Assembly (NCBI GenBank): GCA_902764575.1
Contig: CACWWI010000003.1
Coordinates: 1 to 50,399, forward strand
Origin: an uncultured Coriobacteriaceae bacterium
GTDB lineage: Bacteria > Actinomycetota > Coriobacteriia > Coriobacteriales > Eggerthellaceae
Direction of reading: 5' to 3'
Length of the DNA: 50,399 nucleotides
The position numbers and the translations under genes were made by a program. The number at the start of each line of letters is the position of its first letter. Position 1 is the first letter of the stretch. Below are positions 1 to 6,935 of this stretch, in pieces. The notes under the pieces are model-generated. The model was not told where the DNA came from, made no database searches, and saw only the letters and a list, made by a program, of their open reading frames with translations.

Positions 1-423
1 GCTTATTGCCTTTATAAAAATGGCGAATATGACATTAGCCGTTTTGCTTTGCAGTCCATTCTCGATGCAGGGGATGCCCACCCGTTTTATCATGAAGGCT
101 TGAATCTTCTTTCTCTCCTTGAAGAAAAGGGCGATTTTACGGAGCAGGCGATTGCGGCTCTCGAAAAAATGCTTGCCGATTCGAGCGGAACGCCTTATAT
201 GCGCGGTCGTGCCCATATGCGACTTGCTTCGTTGTATTTTAAGTCGCAAAACTATCCCAAGGCGCGGGAGCATTACCGTGCCAAGGAAATCGTGGAACTC
301 AACCAGGACGTCATTACCGACAAGGGGTACCATCCGGCGCACTGCATCGACGACAGCCAGTGCACCGGCTGCGCGACGTGCGCGACCATGTGCCCCGACG
401 TTGCGATCACGGTGTACAGGTAG
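1..423 (+). CDS. TPR-like region fused to a half-ferredoxin (delta-subunit-like) domain of 2-oxoacid:ferredoxin oxidoreductase; the 5' end runs off the window
   Basis: Frame 1 is open from nt 1. The C-terminus KGYHPAHCIDDSQCTGCATCATMCPDVAITVYR matches the second half of Kor/Por delta subunits. The stop abuts the alpha subunit gene. Confidence 0.6.
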   Translation, partial: AYCLYKNGEYDISRFALQSILDAGDAHPFYHEGLNLLSLLEEKGDFTEQAIAALEKMLADSSGTPYMRGRAHMRLASLYFKSQNYPKAREHYRAKEIVELNQDVITDKGYHPAHCIDDSQCTGCATCATMCPDVAITVYR

Positions 424-1497
424 GTGGTGAGCATGTCAGAGAAAGTTTTGATGAAGGGCAACGAGGCCATCGCCGAGAGCGCCATCCGCGCCGGTTGCAA
501 GTTCTTCTTCGGGTATCCCATCACGCCGCAGACCGAGCTCGCGGCCTATATGGCCAAGCGCATGCCCAAGGAGGGCGGCACGTACCTGCAGGCGGAATCC
601 GAGATCGCGGCCATAAACATGGTGTACGGCGCTGCGGCAGCCGGCGCGCGCGTCATGACGAGCTCCAGCTCGCCGGGAATCTCACTCAAGAGCGAGGGCG
701 TCTCCTACATAGCGGGCACCGACCTGCCCTGCCTCATCGTCAACATCGAGCGTGGCGGCCCGGGCCTCGGTTCCATCCAGCCCTCGCAGTCAGACTACTG
801 GCAGGCCACGCGCGCGCTCGGCCATGGCGATTTCCAGATGGTCGTGTATGCGCCGGCTACCGTGCAGGAGATGTCCGACGTCGCCTATAACGCGTTCGAC
901 GTCGCCGACAAGTACCGCATGCCCGTCATGATCCTGGGCGACGGCATGCTCGGCCAGATGATGGAGCCCGTTGAGCTTCCCGAGCCCAAGACCGAGCTTC
1001 CCGAGAAGCCGTGGGCGACGACAGGCCATGGCAACAAGCGCAAGAAGAACATCGCGAACTCGCTGTACCTCGACGCCGAGAAGCTCGCGCGCACCAACGA
1101 CGAGCGGTACGAGCGCTACGAGATCGTGAAGGCCAACGAGCAGCGCGCCGAGCTCGTCGACTGCGACGATGCCGATATCATCGTCGTGGCGTTCGGGGCC
1201 TCGTCGCGCATCGCGCGCTCTGCCGTGCGCGCCGCCCGCGAGGAGGGCATCAAGGCCGGCCTGTTCCGCCCCATCACGCTGTGGCCGTTCCCGGTCGATG
1301 CGCTGGAGGCCACGAAATCCCATGCGAAGGCCTACCTGTCGGTCGAGATGAACATGGGGCAGATGGTCGAGGACGTGAAGCTCGTCGTGCGCGACAGTGC
1401 GCCCGTCGACTTCTACGGCCGCGCGGGCGGTGTCATTCCCACGCCCGTCGAGGTGCTCGACAAGATTCGCCAGATCAAAGAAGGGCTCGGTGAGTAA
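424..1497 (+). CDS. korA: 2-oxoacid (2-oxoglutarate-type):ferredoxin oxidoreductase alpha subunit
   Basis: The N-terminus KGNEAIAESAIRAGCKFFFGYPITPQTE is typical of Kor/Vor alpha subunits. It sits in a 4-gene delta-alpha-beta-gamma order. The start may be ATG 433. Substrate specificity cannot be resolved. Confidence 0.85.
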   Translation: MVSMSEKVLMKGNEAIAESAIRAGCKFFFGYPITPQTELAAYMAKRMPKEGGTYLQAESEIAAINMVYGAAAAGARVMTSSSSPGISLKSEGVSYIAGTDLPCLIVNIERGGPGLGSIQPSQSDYWQATRALGHGDFQMVVYAPATVQEMSDVAYNAFDVADKYRMPVMILGDGMLGQMMEPVELPEPKTELPEKPWATTGHGNKRKKNIANSLYLDAEKLARTNDERYERYEIVKANEQRAELVDCDDADIIVVAFGASSRIARSAVRAAREEGIKAGLFRPITLWPFPVDALEATKSHAKAYLSVEMNMGQMVEDVKLVVRDSAPVDFYGRAGGVIPTPVEVLDKIRQIKEGLGE

Positions 1498-1498
1498 C

Positions 1499-2410
1499 AT
1501 GGCCCAAACAGAAGAGAAAATCGTGTACCAGCGCCCGCATTCGCTGCTCCCGGTTGTCACGAACTACTGCCCGGGCTGCACGCACGGCATCGTGAACCGC
1601 CTCGTGGCCGAGACGATCGACGAGCTCGGCATCGAGGGCGACACCATCGGCGTATCGCCGGTGGGCTGCTCGGTCATGCTCTACGACTTCTTCGCGTGCG
1701 ACTTCCTCGAGGCCGCCCACGGGCGCGCGCCCGCGGTGGCCACGGGCGTCAAGCGCGTGCATCCTGACAAAGTCGTGTTCGCTTACCAGGGCGACGGCGA
1801 CCTCGCATCCATCGGCATGGCCGAGACGGTGCATGCGGCCACGCGCGGCGAGAAGATCACCATCATCTTCATCAACAATGCCATCTACGGCATGACGGGT
1901 GGCCAGATGGCTCCGACCAGCTTGCCGAACCAGGTGACCCAGACGTCGCCCTACGGGCGCGACGTGTCGACGGCGGGCTATCCCGTGCGCGTGTGCGAGC
2001 TTCTGAGCTCGCTCGACGGCGTGGCGTACCTCGAGCGCGTCACGGTCGACAGCCCCAAGAACATTCGGAAGGCCAAGAAGGCCATCAAGAAGGCGTTCCA
2101 GAACCAGATCGACGGCATTGGCTACTCACTCGTCGAGGTCGTTTCCACGTGCCCGACGAACTGGGGCATGACGCCGACCGACGCCTTCGCGTGGATGCGC
2201 GAGAACATGCTGCCGTACTATCCGCTCGGGGTGTACCGCGACGTCGTGGCCGAGGGTTACGCCAACGCAGCCGAGGCCGCAGCCGCGCGCGCTGCCGCAT
2301 GTCCCATCGCCATGGCCGACAACCCGCAGCTCGACGAGATCCATGCGTCGTTGCCGTCCAAGGCCAAGGTGCAGGATGCCATGAACAAGGCGCAAGGAGG
2401 CGATCGCTAA
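1499..2410 (+). CDS. korB: 2-oxoacid:ferredoxin oxidoreductase beta subunit (TPP-binding)
   Basis: ATG at 1499 lies 2 nt after the alpha stop. Motifs NYCPGCTHG and GDGD...INNAIYGMTGGQ are the TPP/Fe-S beta-subunit signature. The upstream part of ORF 1397-2410 overlaps the alpha gene and is not used. Confidence 0.9.
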   Translation: MAQTEEKIVYQRPHSLLPVVTNYCPGCTHGIVNRLVAETIDELGIEGDTIGVSPVGCSVMLYDFFACDFLEAAHGRAPAVATGVKRVHPDKVVFAYQGDGDLASIGMAETVHAATRGEKITIIFINNAIYGMTGGQMAPTSLPNQVTQTSPYGRDVSTAGYPVRVCELLSSLDGVAYLERVTVDSPKNIRKAKKAIKKAFQNQIDGIGYSLVEVVSTCPTNWGMTPTDAFAWMRENMLPYYPLGVYRDVVAEGYANAAEAAAARAAACPIAMADNPQLDEIHASLPSKAKVQDAMNKAQGGDR

Positions 2411-2943
2411 TGCAGGAGATGCGCATCGTTTTCGCTGGATTCGGCGGCCAGGGCTTGCTGTTCGCCGGCAAGGTGGTCGCTTACGCCGGCCTCATCGACA
2501 ACCACGAGGTGTCTTGGCTTCCCAGCTACGGGCCAGAAATGCGTGGCGGCACGGCCAACTGCTCGGTCACGCTTTCCGACGAGCCCATCGGCAGCCCGCT
2601 GATCATGGACCCGAACAACCTCATCGCCATGAACCAACCCTCGCTTCTAAAGTTCGAGCAGGACGTCACGCCCGGCGGCCACATCTTCGTGGACACCTCG
2701 CTGGTGACGCGCCTTCCCGAGCGCGACGACGTGGAGGTGTTCGCGCTCGAGGCCACGAACATGGCCGAGGAGGCCAAGCTCAAGGGATTGGCCAACATCG
2801 TGCTCGTGGGCAAGATGCTCAAGGAGACGGGCTTCTGCTCGCTCGAGACGGTAGAGGCGGCCATCCGCAAGGCCGTTCCGCCCAAGAAGGCGGCCCTCAT
2901 CGAGAAGAACCTGCAGGCCCTCAAGATCGGCATGGAAGCATAA
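2410..2943 (+). CDS. 2-oxoacid:ferredoxin oxidoreductase gamma subunit
   Basis: MQEMRIVFAGFGGQGLLFAGK...SYGPEMRGGTANCSV is the gamma-subunit motif. The TAATG junction overlaps the beta gene stop by 1 nt. Confidence 0.9.
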   Translation: MQEMRIVFAGFGGQGLLFAGKVVAYAGLIDNHEVSWLPSYGPEMRGGTANCSVTLSDEPIGSPLIMDPNNLIAMNQPSLLKFEQDVTPGGHIFVDTSLVTRLPERDDVEVFALEATNMAEEAKLKGLANIVLVGKMLKETGFCSLETVEAAIRKAVPPKKAALIEKNLQALKIGMEA

Positions 2944-2999
2944 CCGGACAGGCAGTGTAGGGGGCGCTCGCACGGGCGCTCACCGAGCGTAGATTGCAT

Positions 3000-3026
3000 G
3001 TTGGGGCGCACATCGTGCGCCCCAAC
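3000..3026. terminator. GC-rich hairpin between the convergent kor operon and the barstar gene
   Basis: gttggggcgca-catcg-tgcgccccaac forms an 11-bp perfect stem. There is no clear U-tract on either strand. Confidence 0.4.
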
Positions 3027-3030
3027 GCTC

Positions 3031-3315
3031 TTACGGGTGTTCGATGATGAGGGACACGTTCTCGTTCACGAGCGCCTCCCGTGCGCACACCTGAACGAGC
3101 TTGATCACGTTGGCATGCATTTCGGGGGGAAGCGCATCTGGGTCTATGCGCACGTTGATCAGCATCGGCAGGCCTGCTTCGGCCAGGCAATCGGCCAATG
3201 CGCTCATGTTGCGCCCGTAGTAGTCGGGAAAGCCGAGCGCTTCCTTCAGGTAATCGTGCAATCCGTCGTAGGATTGGCACACATCGTTCGTTATCGTTGC
3301 TTCGCGTAGCTTCAT
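3031..3315 (-). CDS. Barstar-family ribonuclease inhibitor
   Basis: MKLREATI...LHDYLKEALGFPDYYGRNMSALADCL aligns with barstar [26 protein letters not shown]. The internal ATG at 3315 is chosen. The gene lies immediately downstream of the barnase-like gene. Confidence 0.8.
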   Translation of the reverse strand: MKLREATITNDVCQSYDGLHDYLKEALGFPDYYGRNMSALADCLAEAGLPMLINVRIDPDALPPEMHANVIKLVQVCAREALVNENVSLIIEHP

Positions 3316-3373
3316 GTTTTCTCCGCTCGCTAGAAAACGGGGTCCAGCCGTCAGCGCCCCCGAATCCCCATCG

Positions 3374-3880
3374 TCAATACAGTTGCTCGAACGTGTTGTA
3401 ATGGTCGTCCGTGTAGAAGACCAGCCCGTCGTTGGAGAACACGATGCGCTTGGCGTTTCGGCGTCCGCCCGCGTAGCGCCTTCCCGCGGCATCGGGGAGC
3501 TGCCCGTCGTCGTTGTGGTACTCGCTTCCGCCGATGCTCTTGCCGGGCAGGACCTCCCAGAGGTTGCCCTTCTCGCTCACCCAGCCGGCTTTGCGCGCCT
3601 TCGTCTTCGAGATGAAGTTGGAGGGAAGGTGCCCGTACGTGTGGACGTAGAGCGCGACGGAATCCTTGTCGGAGTACTCGCCGTCCTCCTGCACGTTCAC
3701 ACTGGCGGAGGCCTGGGCGCTCGCGGTGCTCGAGGCGCTCACGATGCCCGCCGAGGACGTGCTGGCCTTGCTGCCCCCACTCGAGCTGACGCCGCTCCCG
3801 CACGCGGCGAGGCACAGCGCCATGACGGCGGCCACCAGGATGACGATCGAGCGCTTGAGCATTTTCTTCATGGCAGGCAT
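3374..3880 (-). CDS. Barnase-family (microbial guanyl-specific) ribonuclease with a lipoprotein signal peptide
   Basis: The signal peptide plus lipobox is MPAMKKMLKRSIVILVAAVMALCLAAC. The C-terminal domain HTYGHLPSNFISKTKARKAGWVSEKGNLWEVLPGKSIGG...FYTDDHYNTFEQLY aligns with barnase. The rest of the 335-aa ORF upstream is the antisense shadow of pyrR. Confidence 0.8.
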   Translation of the reverse strand: MPAMKKMLKRSIVILVAAVMALCLAACGSGVSSSGGSKASTSSAGIVSASSTASAQASASVNVQEDGEYSDKDSVALYVHTYGHLPSNFISKTKARKAGWVSEKGNLWEVLPGKSIGGSEYHNDDGQLPDAAGRRYAGGRRNAKRIVFSNDGLVFYTDDHYNTFEQLY

Positions 3881-3914
3881 TATACCAAGCGCGCTTGTTG
3901 TATGATTCACCCAG

Positions 3915-3947
3915 TCCTTTAAGGCGGTACGGAGAGACCGGTAAGGA
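3915..3947 (+). promoter_or_regulatory. Candidate PyrR-binding RNA stem-loop overlapping the pyrR ribosome-binding site
   Basis: In UCCUU-UAAGG-CGGU-ACGGAGAG-ACCG-GU-AAGGA, the lower stem is tcctt/aagga, the upper stem cggt/accg, with a purine-rich GGAGAG loop and a UUUAAGG internal segment like known PyrR binding loops. It lies directly 5' of pyrR. Confidence 0.5.
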
Positions 3948-3949
3948 AA

Positions 3950-4546
3950 GTGAGGTGCCCTTTGGCTAACTCTGCACTGAAGTCCATCGTCATGGACGAG
4001 AGCGAGATCGAGCGTTCGCTCACTCGCATCGCGCATCAAATCCTGGAGAAGAACAAGGGAGCGGGCAACATCGCGATTGTCGGCATCGTCACGCGCGGCG
4101 ACCTGCTCGCCAAGCGGCTCGTCGAAAAGATCGAGGAGATCGAGGGCGTGCACGTTCCGCTCGGACGGCTCGACATCAGCTTCTACCGCGACGATTTCGC
4201 GACCTACCTGTCGCCCGAGGTTCTGTCCACCGACATCATGTTCGACATCGACGGGCGCGACATCGTGCTCGTCGACGACGTGCTGTACACAGGCCGCACC
4301 ATTCGGGCAGCGCTCGACGCGCTCATGGACATCGGGCGTCCCGAGACGGTCCAGCTCGCCGTGCTCGTCGACCGCGGGCACCGCCAGCTTCCCATACGCG
4401 CCGACTTCGTGGGCAAGAACGTTCCCTCGGCGGCGAACGAGAGCGTGCGCCTGTTCCTACAGGAGACCGACGGGAAAACCGAGGTCGAGATCCTGCAGGT
4501 GGAGCCGGGCAAGCGCGCCGGCAGCGCCCCGTTGGGAGGTGAGTAG
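3950..4546 (+). CDS. pyrR: PyrR, bifunctional pyr operon regulator / uracil phosphoribosyltransferase
   Basis: [27 protein letters not shown]...[13 protein letters not shown]...[16 protein letters not shown] aligns with B. subtilis PyrR. The start is ambiguous (GTG 3950 or TTG 3962). Confidence 0.9.
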   Translation: MRCPLANSALKSIVMDESEIERSLTRIAHQILEKNKGAGNIAIVGIVTRGDLLAKRLVEKIEEIEGVHVPLGRLDISFYRDDFATYLSPEVLSTDIMFDIDGRDIVLVDDVLYTGRTIRAALDALMDIGRPETVQLAVLVDRGHRQLPIRADFVGKNVPSAANESVRLFLQETDGKTEVEILQVEPGKRAGSAPLGGE

Positions 4547-4549
4547 GCC

Positions 4550-5488
4550 ATGAGCTTCGACCACAAGCACCTCATCGACATACGCGAGTACTCAGCTGAG
4601 GACATCACGCTGCTGCTCGACACGGCCGAGCGGTTCAAGGCCATCAACGAGCGCCGGATCAAGAAGGTTCCCGTGCTCAAGGGCTACACGGTCGTGAACA
4701 TGTTCAACGAGCCCTCCACGCGCACGCGCAGCTCGTTCGAGATCGCCGAGAAGCGCCTGAGCTGCGACACGCTCAACTTCGGCGGGAGCTCCACGAGCAC
4801 GGTGAAGGGCGAGAGCCTCGACGACACGGTCGAGACGCTGTGCGCCTACAAGATCGACATGATCGTCGTGCGCGACAAGCACGCCGGCGTGCCCTACAAA
4901 GTTGCCGCGAAATCGGGCGTGTCGGTTATCGACGCGGGCGACGGCAAGCACCAGCACCCGACGCAGGCGCTGCTCGACCTGTACACGATCCGCGAGCAGC
5001 TGGGGCACCTCGACAGCCTGCGCGTCGGCATCGTCGGCGACATCGGGCATTCGCGCGTGTGCGGCTCGCTCGTGCCGGCGCTCAAGATCATGGGCGCCCA
5101 CGTGACGCTCATCGCCCCGCAGACGCTCATGCCGCCCGCCCCCGAGGTCCTCGGCGCCGACGCGGTGACGAGCGACCTCGATGCAGCGCTTCCCGAGCTC
5201 GATGTGGTGTACATGCTCCGCATCCAGCAGGAGAGGCTCGAGGGGGCGCCGTTCCCGAGCTTGCGCGAGTACAGCATGCTCTTCGGCCTGAACGAGCGCC
5301 GCGACAAGCTGCTGCGCCCCGAGGCCATCGTGTGCCATCCCGGCCCGATTAACCGCGGCGTCGAGCTCGACGCCTTCATGGCGGACCATCCCACGCGCTC
5401 GGTCATCCTCGACCAGGTGTACGCTGGCGTGCTCGTGCGCATGGCCGCGCTCTACTTGCTGCTCGGCGGCTCGGATGAAATGGAGTAA
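4550..5488 (+). CDS. pyrB: Aspartate carbamoyltransferase catalytic subunit
   Basis: Motifs STRTRSSFE, HPTQALLD and HPGPINRG are present. The gene follows pyrR. Confidence 0.95.
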   Translation: MSFDHKHLIDIREYSAEDITLLLDTAERFKAINERRIKKVPVLKGYTVVNMFNEPSTRTRSSFEIAEKRLSCDTLNFGGSSTSTVKGESLDDTVETLCAYKIDMIVVRDKHAGVPYKVAAKSGVSVIDAGDGKHQHPTQALLDLYTIREQLGHLDSLRVGIVGDIGHSRVCGSLVPALKIMGAHVTLIAPQTLMPPAPEVLGADAVTSDLDAALPELDVVYMLRIQQERLEGAPFPSLREYSMLFGLNERRDKLLRPEAIVCHPGPINRGVELDAFMADHPTRSVILDQVYAGVLVRMAALYLLLGGSDEME

Positions 5489-5491
5489 AAC

Positions 5492-6799
5492 ATGGCTTTG
5501 TTGTTGAAGAACGCTCATGTTGTCGACCCTCAAGTGGGGATCAACGAAGTATGCGAGGTGCTCGTCCGCGACGGCGTCATCGTCGAGGTCGGGCACGATC
5601 TCGAGATGCCCAAGGGCGTCGAGCGCGACTTGGGAGGGAAGATCCTCGTACCCGGCCTCGTCGACATGCACGTGCATCTACGCGATCCGGGGCAGGAGTA
5701 CAAGGAAGACATCGAAACCGGTACGCGCGCGGCTGCCCATGGGGGATTCACCGACATCTGCTGCATGCCCAACACGAACCCCATCATCGACACGGGCGCC
5801 GTCGTCGAATACGTTCTGACGAAGGCGGCCGAGGTGGGGAAGTGCCGCGTACATGTTGCCGGCGCCTGCACGGCTGGCGAGAAGGGCGAGGCGCTCTCGG
5901 AGATGGGCGACATGGTCGCCCACGGCGCCGTCATGTTCACCGATGACGGGCGGGGCGTTCAGGACGCGGGCATGATGCGCCGCGTCATGGACTATGCGGT
6001 GCAGTTCGGGAAGGCCGTGAGCAGCCATTGCCAGGACGAGAGCCTGGTGGGCAAGGGCCAGATCAACGAAGGCTCCGTCTCGACGAAGCTCGGGCTGCTC
6101 GGCTGGCCCGCCACGGGCGAGGAGATACAGATCGGCCGCGATATCGAGATGTCGGCGCTCACGGGCTGCCCCATCCATATCCAGCACCTGTCGTCGGCGC
6201 GCGGCATCGAGCTCGTGCGAAGGGGGAAGTCCGACGGCGTGAAGGTGACGTGCGAGGTGACGCCGCACCACCTGTTCCTCACCGAGGAGTGCATCGGCGA
6301 CGACTACAACACCAACTTCAAGGTGAACCCGCCCCTGCGCACAGCGGCTGACGCCCAGGCGATCGTCGAGGCCGTCGTCGACGGCACGGTCGATTGCATC
6401 GTCACCGACCACGCCCCGCATGCGGCGCACGAGAAGGCGCGCGAGTTCGAGCTGGCGCCCTTCGGCATGACGGGCATCGAGACGAGCGTCGGGTGCATTG
6501 TCGGGAACCTCGTGAACACGGGGAAGATAACCTGGGAGCGCATGGTCGAGCTCATGAGCGTGAACCCGCGCCGCATCCTCGGCATCGACCGCGTGGCCAT
6601 CGAGCCGGGATCGCGCGCCGACCTCACGGTCATCGACCCAAACCTGAAGTGGACGGTAACAGAGGAGGAATTCGAGTCGAGGTCGTCGAACTCGGGCTTC
6701 CTCGGCTGGGAGCTCACCGGCCGCGCAACCGACGTGTACGTGGGCGGCTATGCCACGATGGAGGACGGAAAGATAACCGGCGAGCCAATCCACCTGTAG
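5492..6799 (+). CDS. pyrC: Dihydroorotase
   Basis: Motifs PGLVDMHVHLRDPG and TDHAPH are present. The length is 435 aa, in pyr operon context. Confidence 0.95.
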   Translation: MALLLKNAHVVDPQVGINEVCEVLVRDGVIVEVGHDLEMPKGVERDLGGKILVPGLVDMHVHLRDPGQEYKEDIETGTRAAAHGGFTDICCMPNTNPIIDTGAVVEYVLTKAAEVGKCRVHVAGACTAGEKGEALSEMGDMVAHGAVMFTDDGRGVQDAGMMRRVMDYAVQFGKAVSSHCQDESLVGKGQINEGSVSTKLGLLGWPATGEEIQIGRDIEMSALTGCPIHIQHLSSARGIELVRRGKSDGVKVTCEVTPHHLFLTEECIGDDYNTNFKVNPPLRTAADAQAIVEAVVDGTVDCIVTDHAPHAAHEKAREFELAPFGMTGIETSVGCIVGNLVNTGKITWERMVELMSVNPRRILGIDRVAIEPGSRADLTVIDPNLKWTVTEEEFESRSSNSGFLGWELTGRATDVYVGGYATMEDGKITGEPIHL

Positions 6800-6935
6800 G
6801 GAAGATAGGCCGATTTCCCCTGGTTAAGCCCATCGATCGCTCGGGAGAATACGTTGAAGCATGAGTTAACTGTGTTAAACTTCTACCGTGCGAACGAGAT
6901 CGTTTGCGGCGATTTCAGATGAAATGGAGCCGAAC

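Noticed and set aside
3881-4381. Upstream part of the 335-aa minus-strand ORF containing the barnase gene
   Set aside because: It is antisense to pyrR. The signal peptide and lipobox begin at the internal Met (3880), giving a normal secreted RNase size.
4592-6793. Minus-strand ORFs of 361 and 371 aa, with similar ones at 13230-14489, 18272-19624, 19581-20624, 25558-26622 and 9792-10928
   Set aside because: All are antisense to well-supported housekeeping genes (pyrB, pyrC, thiI, holA/dus, hemW, dnaJ/mtaB, pyrD). They have the skewed composition typical of GC-rich shadow frames.
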